The notes: generated by a model from the sequence alone, not told the origin. A stretch of DNA of 64,000 bases from a virus (IMGVR_UViG_3300028591_000130:1-64000), one strand, 5' to 3'; counted from the stretch's first letter, positions 29,981-42,033 are shown. Numbers and translations are program-made.

Positions 29981-32900
29981 ATGGCAGTTAAACTTACAAC
30001 AGCAAGAAATACTTTTTTACAAGCCGTGTCAGAATTTCCGCGCTGGATGAGTATAAGAAAAAGACCGGAGAAAGCTACTTCCGGTCTTTTTCTTCAAGCA
30101 GTCATAGACGAACAAACTGATATCGTAGAAGAACTTAACAAGTTTATCAAAGAATTTTTTTTGATATCATACGTCGGTAAGGAGTCAACAATAGCGTCAT
30201 ATGTTGATATTATACAGACAGGTGTGTTTGATTACACTAACGCTGCAATGATCAAGCCTGCTGTTGACATTACCATAGATCCTAAAACCTTCTTGGCCGA
30301 TATGGACAGTTACGCACTTTATCAGGATGGTTATCTGATTATAAGTGTTAACAACGAACCAAGCGATAACACCTTACTGTACACCGTTGACGGTTATCGA
30401 TATGGTGGCAAACTTTCACGATATCATATTTGGAATATTTTTGACGAGTTTGCAATGTTTCTTGGTCTTGAAAGATTTGCTGACACAAATGAGACTAACG
30501 AACAGCTGCTAAAGCGTTGTTTCTTAGTCTTCGGTAACCCTACCAACAGCACAAGACGTGGACTGCAAAATACAATCATTAACTGTCTTTCTAACGATAT
30601 CACTGTTGACAGAGAAGATATTAAGGTCGAAATCCTTGACGACAATAACGCGTGGTTACCCTATAACGACAGTACGGTATATGAGTACTTTGTTAGGATT
30701 AACAGAGACATTCTCAGAACCAAGGTTTGGGATCTTTGTTGGTGGGAACATAACTTTGCGCAACTCAGCTATCTCTCTAACAAATGGGATGCGCACCTTG
30801 ACGTCTATCAAGACGGCACAGGACAACGAGACGATCTTAAGATATCGTTATCTCAAGGACAAGGTGCTACCACTAACGTTACTGTGCGCGGTTTTAAGCA
30901 TAGTGAAATCAAGGTCAACTCTTACTGCAGAAAACAAGACTTACGAAGTGCGATACCTTTATCGTTAATAAGGTATCATAATATCGTTAACCCGAGACAT
31001 GTGCGTTACACGATAACGGCAACACCTGCTGTACAGATTAATACCGAAGATATCTTTATAACCGAGATAATCAAGAAAGAAGGCTTCAGCACAGTTTACC
31101 TGCAAGATATCGTTAGCAGTCAAGGTTACGCTACTGTTATCAATTCTGGTCTCGTAGAAGGGTCTAAAAGTTACTACCTTATCTTTAGGTCAAATGGTGA
31201 CTATTCTTCTATGAAGATTAATAAGATTGACTTTTATGACGGCAACGATACCGTTAGTTTGATATCACCTACTGCCTTGTTTAAGAAAGACGGTAACGGA
31301 CTTTCTCACGTTGACGTAGTTAAACATACTAACACGATATCAGAATTAAAAAGTTCTACTAATCTTGTTGATATTAACGGTGGTTTCACATTGCAAAGTA
31401 GTCGTACCGAAGGATCTTTTACCCTTGACGTTACAGGATGCGGAGGTAAGACATTACGGATAATGTCTGAAGGGCGTATGTTTGACTTAACCAACCAGAC
31501 AGACAGGTGGCAACTTTCAGGATTAAAACTTGTTGACGGTTACCTGATATCAGATACCGTACTTGAAGATAACGGCAGTGCTACTCTTACTGTAAGTGTA
31601 ATGTCTTACTCTGTTAAGCTGATATCAACAGAAGAAAACCAAGGAACTTGCAGTATGAAAGTTTATGTTAATGATATCTTGCAACGTACTTATACCCAAC
31701 TGCAAGCTAACGAAACTTTGCAACAAACTTTTGACGTTATGTCAACTGTCAAAATAGTTTTTGTTAAACAAGGCAGCTATCCTTTTTCTGCTGAGGTTAA
31801 AGGAACTAAGTATGAGATTAACTATAGTCTGACTCACGGTGTTCTTGAGCCGCAGTTGTTCTCTACGGTGTTACCGTCTTTACCTGATAATACACCTAAT
31901 ACTTTAACCGTTACTGTCTCTGCTTACGACGTTGAAGCGCCTGTTATAAGGTATGTTCACATAGGTCCTTCTACAAACAGAGCTGTGTACAAGACTGCTG
32001 TTGTAGCAGCCAAAAACGACAGTGCGTTCTTTGACATAGATACCGTTTGTAACGTTAGTCTTTATGACGCTGACACAAACACTTTGATATCAGACAATTT
32101 TGTTACTAAGAAAAAGTATAGAAATAAAACAACAGAAGACATTTATCTTGATATCAACGTTTCTCAGTTTAGCGAAATTATATCTTCGTCATTACCTATT
32201 AAGAAAACAGTGCAAGCAGGGAAAACTGTAAGTTACGTTACTCTTAAACCTGAGCAAGAAGTAGAGTCCGTAACTATTAACGGTATCGTTAACAGCGAAC
32301 TTGGCAAGTACAGTCTTGATACTTTGCTTGATATCAACGTAACCTACAACGTTTACGTTAGTAAAGGGATCAACGGTTTTGTCGTAAGAAATCCTACTAC
32401 AGGTGAAGAATGGCTTACAAGGATTGATCGTAAATCTTTCTCTGACACAGCTACTACTTTTGTTTACAACGCCTTACCTGTTGGAATTACTGGCGTTTTC
32501 GTAACAGATATCGCTAACAATACAAGTATGATATCAAACTACTCTGACAAAAACTTTGACTGCACATTCTTACAAACTACAGACGATCAGATCTTCATAG
32601 CACATAACGAGCTTGATATCTACAAGAATATAACGGGGATATCAGAAGATATCGAGATTATAGACAGTACGTTTTACCCTGCACTTCCTGCTAACGTATC
32701 AATGGTTTATAACGTTATCATAAATCAAGGCATTGACGATGCCTTTGCGGTAACTGCCGTTTTTAAGAAAACAAGATATGATCATAATCACTACTTTTGT
32801 GTTACTGCTGCTGCAAGATCGGTACTGCAAGATATCTTGTGGCTGCTTGATAACGACGGCGCATCAACAACTGTCAACGAGAAACTGTCAACGTTAGAAG

Positions 32901-35203
32901 CCTTATCAGGTATTGTTTTGGCTAACAACACAACCTTGTTTAACAGAGTAACAGAACTGCTAACTGAAGGTTCATGGTGCCTGTGGAAACACGAAATCTG
33001 TTTCATAACCGACTTTGACTTTAAAAACAAGGAAACCATAGCTTACGATGTTAGTATGATATCACCATTGTTTAAACTGTCTAACGCAATTGAACTGCCT
33101 AAAAAAGTCGTCATTGACACAAGAGAAGAAGATATCTCTTGTTTTATGATCAAGCCGCCTTCTTACCTTGCAGTTCACTATAGTAATGAATATGACGGTG
33201 AAACAACAGATACAGGTTATGTGTCAGATGACGGTTTCACCAAACTTCATTACTCTAACATTAAAAGTATCGTGTCGATTACGATTAACGGACTTCCGAC
33301 AAACAGTTACGATATTCTGCTTGACGAAGGTGTCATTATCTGGAACTTAAACGATATGACGTCATTACAAGATACTCCAATTCAGTATCAGGTTACTTAT
33401 CTTTACAAAATTCCCGAAAGCTTACTGTATACCGATCTATCTGCCTTGTATGATATCATACCAAAAAGTTTAAGTGCGTATAACGCTGTATCGTTGAAAA
33501 GTACTATACCGACCAAGCTTGAAGACGGTGACTCTTTCGTTGTAACATTCTTTGACACCGTAGATTACGTGCCGGCACCTGTTTGCAGCAACCCTAACTT
33601 TATAGCTGTTTACGATAACGGTGTTGTAACAGTTCATAAGGTATACGACGATAACGTTATTCTCGTTAACGCAGGTTACTATTACGATGATGAGCAAGAA
33701 TATTACCTGTACAATCACGTATATAGTGATATTATAGATCGTTACAGTAACGTTACTCTGCATAACGTTAAAAGACTTGGTTCTTTGTTACAAACTATGA
33801 TATCAAGCAATAACAGGATCAGAAGATCTGACTTCAAAGGAAGAAACAATGAAGATGAACTCTGTTTAGTTAAGTTCACAGATCCTGTTATAGGATCAAA
33901 AGGTGTTTCCTTACTTAACGAGATTACAGCTGCACAAAGCTATAGCACCTGGCAAGGATATAAAATGGATATCAACTTCGTCACAGGTATCAAGGATATA
34001 GGACTGTTATTTACCGCAGAAGATTCTAATAGTTACGCCATTACTGATATTACACATTACGTTAATAACTCTATTGTGATATCAGCTTTTACCGCACGAG
34101 ATATTACCCTAGAGATTTACCGTGAGATCAAGATGTCTGACGATATCGCAAGAAAGACGGTTTTTGCAGAACCTTACGGTACTTTTGTTGTTGACGGCAA
34201 CTTTCAAGGATATCGTTTTGATGATACTGTAGACCTGTCTTATCGTTACTATCTTGTAGTCAAAGGAACAGGCATAGTAGATGATATCATAGCAAGACCG
34301 GAAATACGGCTTGACGATCAATTGCAGGTACATATTAAGAATATTGAACACTTGGGGTTTGATATTGTCGAGAAAGAAGAAAAAGGTATGACTCTTTCTT
34401 TGGCCTTTGATCCTGTAGGTTGTACTCTTGCAGATCTTGAGATTACAAACGATGGTACTGTCAGAATAGGATCTAACGTTGACTATGGCGTAACCAAGGT
34501 TTTCAGCAGTCATAACTGTTACGAGAATATCATAGCTGACGTTGTCGTAAGCAGATATAAGGAAACCTTTGTAACAGCAGAAAATAAAGGATGGATTCGG
34601 ACGCCGTTCTTTTACCTTGATAACAGTGCTAACGCTATAGATATTTACGTTAAGGTTAATAGTTTGATATCAGGACATTTAAAGAATTTTGATATCAAAC
34701 TGTACACTGCCGATAACGAACAAGGTACTGACGCCATACTTATCGGTTACGTACAAAAAACTAATCTTGCTTGTTTTGACGGTACAACTGTAAAGTCTTA
34801 CGTTAGTGCTGAGGTTAGTATGGATCCAAACAAGGTTGTAGACGTCATAGAAATGTTTGTTCGTTATGGTGAACTCGGTATTGTTCCCTTGGTAATACAA
34901 GATAACAGTAATGGTTCTGTAACAACTAAAGTTTATGATACAGTTATTACAGCAAACTATCGTTTGTTACGCCTTACAGGATCTTGTTCTGATATCACCA
35001 AGATTAAGTTTTTTGTCAGAGGATGTAAAAAAGACAACCTGTATCTTGTATGGACACCTTGGTATGATATCACCTTAAATAACCAACTTGTTGCAACGTC
35101 GTCACACATTTTCGATGACTACAGATTGTTTCAGTTTAAGATAAAACTTTTATCTGCTGACGTAGAGATAAAGATCAGTAACTTTGTACTGGAGGTAGTA
35201 TAG
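29981..35203 (+). CDS. Large baseplate wedge protein (gpI/gp7-like N-terminus, beta-rich extension)
   Basis: WNIFDEFAMFLGLERFADTNETNEQLLKR...NSTRRGLQN is a gpI-like motif. It follows the J-like gene. Confidence 0.6.
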   Translation: MAVKLTTARNTFLQAVSEFPRWMSIRKRPEKATSGLFLQAVIDEQTDIVEELNKFIKEFFLISYVGKESTIASYVDIIQTGVFDYTNAAMIKPAVDITIDPKTFLADMDSYALYQDGYLIISVNNEPSDNTLLYTVDGYRYGGKLSRYHIWNIFDEFAMFLGLERFADTNETNEQLLKRCFLVFGNPTNSTRRGLQNTIINCLSNDITVDREDIKVEILDDNNAWLPYNDSTVYEYFVRINRDILRTKVWDLCWWEHNFAQLSYLSNKWDAHLDVYQDGTGQRDDLKISLSQGQGATTNVTVRGFKHSEIKVNSYCRKQDLRSAIPLSLIRYHNIVNPRHVRYTITATPAVQINTEDIFITEIIKKEGFSTVYLQDIVSSQGYATVINSGLVEGSKSYYLIFRSNGDYSSMKINKIDFYDGNDTVSLISPTALFKKDGNGLSHVDVVKHTNTISELKSSTNLVDINGGFTLQSSRTEGSFTLDVTGCGGKTLRIMSEGRMFDLTNQTDRWQLSGLKLVDGYLISDTVLEDNGSATLTVSVMSYSVKLISTEENQGTCSMKVYVNDILQRTYTQLQANETLQQTFDVMSTVKIVFVKQGSYPFSAEVKGTKYEINYSLTHGVLEPQLFSTVLPSLPDNTPNTLTVTVSAYDVEAPVIRYVHIGPSTNRAVYKTAVVAAKNDSAFFDIDTVCNVSLYDADTNTLISDNFVTKKKYRNKTTEDIYLDINVSQFSEIISSSLPIKKTVQAGKTVSYVTLKPEQEVESVTINGIVNSELGKYSLDTLLDINVTYNVYVSKGINGFVVRNPTTGEEWLTRIDRKSFSDTATTFVYNALPVGITGVFVTDIANNTSMISNYSDKNFDCTFLQTTDDQIFIAHNELDIYKNITGISEDIEIIDSTFYPALPANVSMVYNVIINQGIDDAFAVTAVFKKTRYDHNHYFCVTAAARSVLQDILWLLDNDGASTTVNEKLSTLEALSGIVLANNTTLFNRVTELLTEGSWCLWKHEICFITDFDFKNKETIAYDVSMISPLFKLSNAIELPKKVVIDTREEDISCFMIKPPSYLAVHYSNEYDGETTDTGYVSDDGFTKLHYSNIKSIVSITINGLPTNSYDILLDEGVIIWNLNDMTSLQDTPIQYQVTYLYKIPESLLYTDLSALYDIIPKSLSAYNAVSLKSTIPTKLEDGDSFVVTFFDTVDYVPAPVCSNPNFIAVYDNGVVTVHKVYDDNVILVNAGYYYDDEQEYYLYNHVYSDIIDRYSNVTLHNVKRLGSLLQTMISSNNRIRRSDFKGRNNEDELCLVKFTDPVIGSKGVSLLNEITAAQSYSTWQGYKMDINFVTGIKDIGLLFTAEDSNSYAITDITHYVNNSIVISAFTARDITLEIYREIKMSDDIARKTVFAEPYGTFVVDGNFQGYRFDDTVDLSYRYYLVVKGTGIVDDIIARPEIRLDDQLQVHIKNIEHLGFDIVEKEEKGMTLSLAFDPVGCTLADLEITNDGTVRIGSNVDYGVTKVFSSHNCYENIIADVVVSRYKETFVTAENKGWIRTPFFYLDNSANAIDIYVKVNSLISGHLKNFDIKLYTADNEQGTDAILIGYVQKTNLACFDGTTVKSYVSAEVSMDPNKVVDVIEMFVRYGELGIVPLVIQDNSNGSVTTKVYDTVITANYRLLRLTGSCSDITKIKFFVRGCKKDNLYLVWTPWYDITLNNQLVATSSHIFDDYRLFQFKIKLLSADVEIKISNFVLEVV

Positions 35204-35204
35204 C

Positions 35205-37379
35205 GTGCAAGCCTTTTTTGACACAGCAAGAGTGCAAGCTACAGAACAAGGTTTGCACTTTTACGAACAAGATATTTTGGTATCGTCTTACCTGTTTAAT
35301 GGTGACGTCACTGTTAAAATGACAATATTATATCTGAGATCAGGTTTCGGTATCGTTATAACCGATAATGTACCGGATCAAGCTAAATACTCGTGTTTAT
35401 TCCACGTCGGCACTAACTCCTTTCAAGCTATGGAACGATATTTATCACAGCAAGAAAACTATGCTGCCGTTTCTAACACGTTAAAACCTGAAGGCGATAT
35501 TAATCTTGTCTTTAAACTTACGGGACAGAAGGGGCAGCTGTTTCTCGTTAACGGTAATAGCCTTATAAACTTAGGCACCCATATTATGTCACGAGAACTG
35601 TCAACCTATTACCTTGGTTTTTACTCTGCAGCGGGCAATACTGTCAAGGACGTTGCCTTTCTGCAAGGTGTCCCTGACTTTTGGCATTGTTCCATAGCTA
35701 ACATACACGGTGGCAGGATATCATTCTGGCCTGAAAGCTTTATGTTTGAAAACTGTACTAACGACGCTTACCTTGAACAAAAAGGTATCGAACTCCCCGC
35801 AGGTACGTTTTGGTTTAACTATGATACTGATACCATTAATGACACTTACGATATCGAAGGTTTTATCTACAAGGAAGAGATTCCGACGATAACAGTTAAT
35901 CCTGACGATTCTTTCTATGACAGTACAACAATCCACTACGACGAGGATAACTTTGAAGATATCAATAAAAGCTTTGTTCATAATCAAGGAAGTTTTACCC
36001 TTAAAGAATCTGCTACTGTTATTGTCAGCTTTAAGGGACGTAACGGCAAGGTAAGCAATGTTACCATTAAGGATACCAAGGGCGGATCTTTTGTTGTTAC
36101 TCAGGATAAACCTAAAGTTGTAGAAAGCAGCTATATTGAAATAGATTTAAGTAACGTCAAAACAGTGGTATGGGAAGGCGTTATCCACAGTGTACCGTCT
36201 TTTGATGACGCTGCTAAGATTAGCCCTTATGGTATTATAGTTACAAACCAAAACAGAATAACTCTTGACGCCTTCTTGATTAACTTTGATCAACAGTATA
36301 ACTTTACTATCGGTATGGACACTCTAACCTTGTCTGTAGATGATCCGGTTACAGGCAAGCCTTGTGGGTTAAAAAGTTTTCTGTTAACAACAGAAGATCA
36401 TAACTCTGTTAAGATTTTTTATAACGTTAGTGCTGATATCGCTAACCTGACGTTAATTATGGCTGACGGAACAAGTATCAACGCTAACATACAAGGCAGT
36501 TATACTGCTGTTGTTCCTTCCTATGTTAAGGGGCCTATCATAGTAACTAACATAAACGACGAAGCTTTTGACCTGTCAGGAAGTTACAGAGAAGTTGTTG
36601 AACCTGATAATATATTCATTGACTTGTTTACAAAGAGTTCGCTTGAACTAAAACTGTCTTATCATACTACGTCATTGTCTCGTAACCTTGAAATATTCGG
36701 TATACCAAAGGGTGCTCTTGTTGACAGAAGTCAAACTGATATCACTAAGTTTGCCAGTGTCTACAATAAATTGGACGATATCACAGTATCGGTTAAAAAT
36801 GACGTTATCACAATTCCTGACGCTGTCAGAAATGACTATGACTTCATAGCTGTCAGATATCAAAGAGCTGATAAATTTTACTATTTCTTTACTGTACAAG
36901 AGAGAGAACTGTTTAACGGTACAGAAACTGTTTTACGCTTAACTTCTGATATCAATGAGTCAGGACAAGGTATAACGGTTTACGGTGTAGAAACGGGAAC
37001 TTTTAACCCTGACTACTTTTTAAGAATAGCTGATATCAGCGCAGTGTCTTCTATTGATCTGTGTGTAGATCAAGGTGCTTACGCTGTTTTGTCTTCTGCA
37101 CTGTACGATATTAACGCAGGCGATCGTACCATAACGTTAGACAGTACTCTTGAAAATATGTATGAGTATTACATTGTTGATTACGCAAAAAAAGACTCTT
37201 ACGCTATTAACAAAGACGAAGAAAGCGGTAACTACGTTATCGATATCGTAACAGACGATACCTCAGTTAAGGTTAACTACGAGCTTAATGACACAGGCAT
37301 ATCTGATCCGGTTATCCATACTGATATCAAACCTGACGGCAATAAGTTTGTTATCCTAAAAAGAGGTGCTGCACTATGA
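35205..37379 (+). CDS. Putative baseplate/tail structural protein
   Basis: 724-aa beta-rich ORF, translationally coupled within the baseplate operon. Confidence 0.55.
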   Translation: MQAFFDTARVQATEQGLHFYEQDILVSSYLFNGDVTVKMTILYLRSGFGIVITDNVPDQAKYSCLFHVGTNSFQAMERYLSQQENYAAVSNTLKPEGDINLVFKLTGQKGQLFLVNGNSLINLGTHIMSRELSTYYLGFYSAAGNTVKDVAFLQGVPDFWHCSIANIHGGRISFWPESFMFENCTNDAYLEQKGIELPAGTFWFNYDTDTINDTYDIEGFIYKEEIPTITVNPDDSFYDSTTIHYDEDNFEDINKSFVHNQGSFTLKESATVIVSFKGRNGKVSNVTIKDTKGGSFVVTQDKPKVVESSYIEIDLSNVKTVVWEGVIHSVPSFDDAAKISPYGIIVTNQNRITLDAFLINFDQQYNFTIGMDTLTLSVDDPVTGKPCGLKSFLLTTEDHNSVKIFYNVSADIANLTLIMADGTSINANIQGSYTAVVPSYVKGPIIVTNINDEAFDLSGSYREVVEPDNIFIDLFTKSSLELKLSYHTTSLSRNLEIFGIPKGALVDRSQTDITKFASVYNKLDDITVSVKNDVITIPDAVRNDYDFIAVRYQRADKFYYFFTVQERELFNGTETVLRLTSDINESGQGITVYGVETGTFNPDYFLRIADISAVSSIDLCVDQGAYAVLSSALYDINAGDRTITLDSTLENMYEYYIVDYAKKDSYAINKDEESGNYVIDIVTDDTSVKVNYELNDTGISDPVIHTDIKPDGNKFVILKRGAAL

Positions 37380-39181
37380 AGATCAATCTTTCAAAACATA
37401 TTGTGATATCAAGAACACCGCAAGAGTTACAAGGTGACAGCGGCCTACGCTATACAAGCTTGAAAGAAATACCCCTTGGTTACGTTAACTTTGATAACGT
37501 TGAAATGCAGCCCCATATCGATGTCAAAGAAGAATTTTTACAAGATAAGAGAGAAAAGGTTACTCCTTACAGTGTTTTTAGTAAGGCTAACGTATTTCTT
37601 TTTGACAGTAATAATAATGTTGTACAAAAGAATATGAAAAGACAAGGTGACAGTTATTACTATGAACCTACTAGCTTTGTAGAGTTTAGTCCGCTTTCTT
37701 TTAACGTTTATCTTGAAATCCAACGAACAGAACAATATTACAACAACAGAATTTATGATATCAAGGTAGGTGCAGCAAGCAGTGGCGCCAGTCTTACCTT
37801 TTCTAATAAACTTATGAGACTTTTTGGTGACAGTTACCTGCAAGGATCGTGTCCTTTTAACCTTCGCTTTAACGGAGGTAGTACTAATTACATGACACTT
37901 ATTGATAGTGCAAATAGTGACTGCGACTTTCTGTTTATCAAAAGTGCTGACGGTGTCCATTATGGTACCAGTGACGAAGAGATCGATATCGCTGATATCT
38001 TTGATAATCATACTAATGTTTGGCTGTTCTGCGATGACTATAAAGGACGTTTTAAAAACGTTACATCTTTTGACACTTCTGATATCACACTAAATATGAT
38101 AACAACTACACTGTACACAACAGAAAGTTACAGAATTACAAGAAACCAAGCTTCTGTTTTTAACCAAGATATCACCTTCTTTGATGATACCTTTTTTGAT
38201 GATCACATTTATCTTAACGAAGCTACTCTTGTTTTACACAAGAGAAACAAAGGTTTTGTGATCGTTACACCGTCATGGTTTCTTGACAATATCGATGACG
38301 TTGCACAATCAGTGTATGAAACACTTATTTACTGTTATCTTCAAAGATATGAGAAAAGCAGAACGATACCATTATGGATAACTGACGTACCTGTTAATTA
38401 CTTGGCATACAGTACAGCAAGCTTTAACAGAACCCATCCTAAGATATCATTGTCTGACTTTTTGCCCCAAGAAGATTTGTCTCTCAGTAATCTGTCCATA
38501 GTTGATATCATAGTTGACACACCTTACGTAAGATATCAAAATATTGACAGAAATAACTATGAAATTTCTTTTGTTAAGGTAAGTAACAATACAGTGCCTG
38601 ATCCGGCCCAAGACGTTAACGATATCTCTTTTTACACCAGCAAGCATACTGTAGTTTTTTATAAGCCTGAGGACATTTTTACGGTAGAGACACCCTTAAG
38701 CTATAATTTTACCAAGAGCGATAACGTGTTTTATCTTATGGTTAAACCTATGATATCAAGTTCTTATGATATTTGTACGGTGACAGATCAAATATTTAAG
38801 ATAGAAGACCTTACTATATCTTACTCTCTTTTTGTAGGACAAAGAACTTCTTCTCTCTGTAATACTTTTTATCTTTTGTCCGAAAAAGAAACGCCTTTGT
38901 CTTCTTACGTTAAAGTTGCTGATATCTACTTTACTGTACAACAAGATATCACTATTTACGATACACGCATAAACGGTGGAGGATTACCTGACGATCAACC
39001 TGATGATTATAATATGTCCGATATCGGCAATATCCTTGGGAGACCTTACCGTCTCGGATCAAGCTTGGTTATAAGGTTACCTGTCTTACTAAAACAGTAT
39101 GAAGAAAGAATACGCAAAGAACTTGATAAGCACGTAGCGGCAGGTGACACTTACGTTATAGTTTTTGAAAGCAAAAAGTAA
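37376..39181 (+). CDS. Putative baseplate/tail structural protein
   Basis: 601-aa ORF whose ATGA overlaps the upstream stop codon. It ends in DTRINGGGLP...KHVAAG. Confidence 0.55.
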   Translation: MKINLSKHIVISRTPQELQGDSGLRYTSLKEIPLGYVNFDNVEMQPHIDVKEEFLQDKREKVTPYSVFSKANVFLFDSNNNVVQKNMKRQGDSYYYEPTSFVEFSPLSFNVYLEIQRTEQYYNNRIYDIKVGAASSGASLTFSNKLMRLFGDSYLQGSCPFNLRFNGGSTNYMTLIDSANSDCDFLFIKSADGVHYGTSDEEIDIADIFDNHTNVWLFCDDYKGRFKNVTSFDTSDITLNMITTTLYTTESYRITRNQASVFNQDITFFDDTFFDDHIYLNEATLVLHKRNKGFVIVTPSWFLDNIDDVAQSVYETLIYCYLQRYEKSRTIPLWITDVPVNYLAYSTASFNRTHPKISLSDFLPQEDLSLSNLSIVDIIVDTPYVRYQNIDRNNYEISFVKVSNNTVPDPAQDVNDISFYTSKHTVVFYKPEDIFTVETPLSYNFTKSDNVFYLMVKPMISSSYDICTVTDQIFKIEDLTISYSLFVGQRTSSLCNTFYLLSEKETPLSSYVKVADIYFTVQQDITIYDTRINGGGLPDDQPDDYNMSDIGNILGRPYRLGSSLVIRLPVLLKQYEERIRKELDKHVAAGDTYVIVFESKK

Positions 39182-39197
39182 GAAAGGAGGACGTGCT

Positions 39198-41591
39198 TTG
39201 GGTATACAACAACTTAACAACCTTGACTTTGCACCCGGTATTAAAGCTGCACCCATTAACGCTAACTTTAACCTTATAAATACTTGGCTTGCAAGAGAAA
39301 GATTAAGAACAGGCGGATGGGGTATCGTAGAAGGCTTTGCCTTGTCTTTTGATCAAGATACCTTGTCGGTAACAGTTAACGAAGGTGTCTTTATCAATAA
39401 AGACGGTGAAGAAGTTATCGTTGATAAGAAAGTTTTTGCTACAGGTGATATCAGCTACGACACTATTGAAAGAACTTATACAGTGGATACTGATGGCAGA
39501 GTTGTGCTGGACGATAACGTCTATGACTTTGAGAACAAGAAATATCTTGTTTATAATCCGCCTGATATCACAGTAGAAATTGACGACAGCATTCTGAGAG
39601 TGCGTGACGTTGACGGATATCCAATTTCTGTAGTAAGGCTTTTGGGAAACATTTTATGGCTTAACAGCAGCTTTGCAGGATCAAGAGTTACGGTAACCCA
39701 AACTGTAGCTTATAACAGGGTAGATACGATTATGCTAAACCTTGACGGCAGTTATGAGTATCTTTGGTCTATTGATTCACCCAGTCCAAGTCACGTAGAT
39801 CTTGCTGACTACGACACAAGTCTTTGTGTAGCTGTTCTGTTTTGGCAGATAACCGAAGAAGGTATAACCTGTGACTTCTTCACAAATCACAGGTCATATC
39901 GTACGGTCTACGTTAATAATCATAACGAACTTTACATTAACGGTGAGAGATATCAGAAACAAAAGTTCATTTACTTCGTTGAACCTCCTTTAAGAGACAG
40001 ACAAGAGAATGATCTATGGTATAACAGCAAGGATAACACCTTGTACATTTGGCGCCAAGTTGACGGTGAGTGGGGATGGACTATAGTTAATGATCACTCA
40101 GAGATCGTTATCCAAGAAAGAAAACTTTGGACACCTGATATCAACCCTGACGACTTACAAACATTTCTGTTTGATCCCGAAGAACTTAACCTGAAATACG
40201 TGCCGGGTACTAACTCGTTAACCATATTTGTCGATAACGCCGTACTAATGCACGATCAATACGACGAAATTGTTATGACTCAAGCTGATGTCAACGATCT
40301 TGTTGCACAACAAAAAGAGCTGAAAGATAAGATTACCAAAGCCAAAATAGTCTTACAAACCTTAAAAAGGAACAGAGACAGTTTGGAGCCCGGCATTAAA
40401 GCACTTAAGAAAGACCTTAGTGACTCAACCAAGCTTTATCCTGACGCTTACGATCTTGCTAACGAAGATTACACGATAAAGGATACTGACCTTGACAATC
40501 TCAGAAACCTTATGGTTATCGACAAAAGACTGGCACATTTGATATCAGACTTTATCGACCTTTTATCACAGATAGAGAATTCAGAGAAGTTGATATCGGT
40601 TTATGAACAGGAACTGACAACGATATCAGAAGTACTTGAAGCTACAAGAGTAAACAAAGGTGCCGGTTTTAAACTTAAGAAACCGTTATTGCACCCTGCT
40701 TTTGTTGCGATAACTGTAACTCACGCGGTAAGAATGAAGCCTGCGAGAGAAACATTTCAACGCGGTGCAGTCTTTGTTAAAGAAGTTAATATTGCAGCAG
40801 CAGTCACAGGATCCAACCAAGTCTTTGAGACTGCAGCAGGCTATACCGTAGGACAAGAGCAACTTGAAGTTTACGTTGACGGTATTAAATTGCCTCGCAG
40901 TATTAACGGTTTTTGCGAGATAGTCGATACTGTTAATCCTACAGTTGACTACTCTTACGTTGATGACTCTCTTGTGACCAGATATCAAGATACGATATCG
41001 CATCATTTTAAGGTTGTTAAAAATATTACTGTAGGACAGACTATTACTTGCCGTATATCAAGACAAGTTTGGAATTACGATCAGCTTGATACGTTAGTCT
41101 CTAACATAAAGGCTTACGCTAACAGTGCAATGTCTGTAGCCAACAGCGCTCTTGAACAGGTAGAAACTCTTAACACTAACTTTATTTCTAACTGGAATGA
41201 TATCAAGGATTTAACCGATACTATCCAAGAGAACATAGCTGATCTTGATAACTGTTACAAACAAGGAACAACTATAGCGCTGTCTGATATTCCTGCACAA
41301 GTGAGAACAGGTGTAATATCAAATTCCTTTGATATCATTGTTCCGATAACTTCTACTGTCCTTACTGTAAATAACGTTAATATCAACGATGTATTTTCTG
41401 TCTATTACGTTACAGCAGATAACGTCAGATTGCTTATTCAAAATGGAAGTAACAGAGATATCCAGGATATTGATTATGACATACAAAGACTAACTGATAC
41501 TCAAGTCAAGATTATCTTAAGAGATGACTTAGTTATTCCTAACACAAAGCTTTACGTTAGGGGATTCAAGAGAGGTGTAAGCAGTGGATAA
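39198..41591 (+). CDS. Putative tail-fibre attachment / baseplate protein with Ig-like modules and a coiled coil
   Basis: TTG start after GGAGG. GWGIVEGF..S...LSVTVNEG N-terminus, ENDLWYNS motif, and YVPGTNSLTIFVD and YTVGQEQLEVYVDG modules. Confidence 0.55.
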   Translation: MGIQQLNNLDFAPGIKAAPINANFNLINTWLARERLRTGGWGIVEGFALSFDQDTLSVTVNEGVFINKDGEEVIVDKKVFATGDISYDTIERTYTVDTDGRVVLDDNVYDFENKKYLVYNPPDITVEIDDSILRVRDVDGYPISVVRLLGNILWLNSSFAGSRVTVTQTVAYNRVDTIMLNLDGSYEYLWSIDSPSPSHVDLADYDTSLCVAVLFWQITEEGITCDFFTNHRSYRTVYVNNHNELYINGERYQKQKFIYFVEPPLRDRQENDLWYNSKDNTLYIWRQVDGEWGWTIVNDHSEIVIQERKLWTPDINPDDLQTFLFDPEELNLKYVPGTNSLTIFVDNAVLMHDQYDEIVMTQADVNDLVAQQKELKDKITKAKIVLQTLKRNRDSLEPGIKALKKDLSDSTKLYPDAYDLANEDYTIKDTDLDNLRNLMVIDKRLAHLISDFIDLLSQIENSEKLISVYEQELTTISEVLEATRVNKGAGFKLKKPLLHPAFVAITVTHAVRMKPARETFQRGAVFVKEVNIAAAVTGSNQVFETAAGYTVGQEQLEVYVDGIKLPRSINGFCEIVDTVNPTVDYSYVDDSLVTRYQDTISHHFKVVKNITVGQTITCRISRQVWNYDQLDTLVSNIKAYANSAMSVANSALEQVETLNTNFISNWNDIKDLTDTIQENIADLDNCYKQGTTIALSDIPAQVRTGVISNSFDIIVPITSTVLTVNNVNINDVFSVYYVTADNVRLLIQNGSNRDIQDIDYDIQRLTDTQVKIILRDDLVIPNTKLYVRGFKRGVSSG

Positions 41592-42033
41592 GGCACAAAT
41601 ATCTTGGTATGCAAAATGTTTATCTGACGAACGTTACTCTGTTAATAATGACTTTTACGCTGGTAAGTATACTAATGAGGACCCCATAGTAGTTGATATC
41701 CAACTTTGGAATAACAGATGGGGTACAGAAACCGTAGCAGATCTTACTAACTATGACATATGCTTCTTCTTTGATTGTGTAGAAGATTCTGTACTGCTTG
41801 ATTACTGCACTATTATTTATAATGACAGTAATATTATTCCTTTTTACGTTACCGGGCGCAAAGCTGTTCTTTCTATGGATACTAAGCCTGTCTTGTCAGG
41901 AACTAAAAACAACGGGTCAAGTGCAGACAATATCGATCACTTTCTTCAACTTAGATTAATCTTTAACGCTACAGAAGAAAAACTAAAGAATAACGACTTA
42001 AAGTCATTGTACTTTGAAGTACTTGAAAGATAA
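41584..42033 (+). CDS. Hypothetical structural protein
   Basis: 149-aa coupled ORF with an RBS. Confidence 0.5.
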   Translation: MDKAQISWYAKCLSDERYSVNNDFYAGKYTNEDPIVVDIQLWNNRWGTETVADLTNYDICFFFDCVEDSVLLDYCTIIYNDSNIIPFYVTGRKAVLSMDTKPVLSGTKNNGSSADNIDHFLQLRLIFNATEEKLKNNDLKSLYFEVLER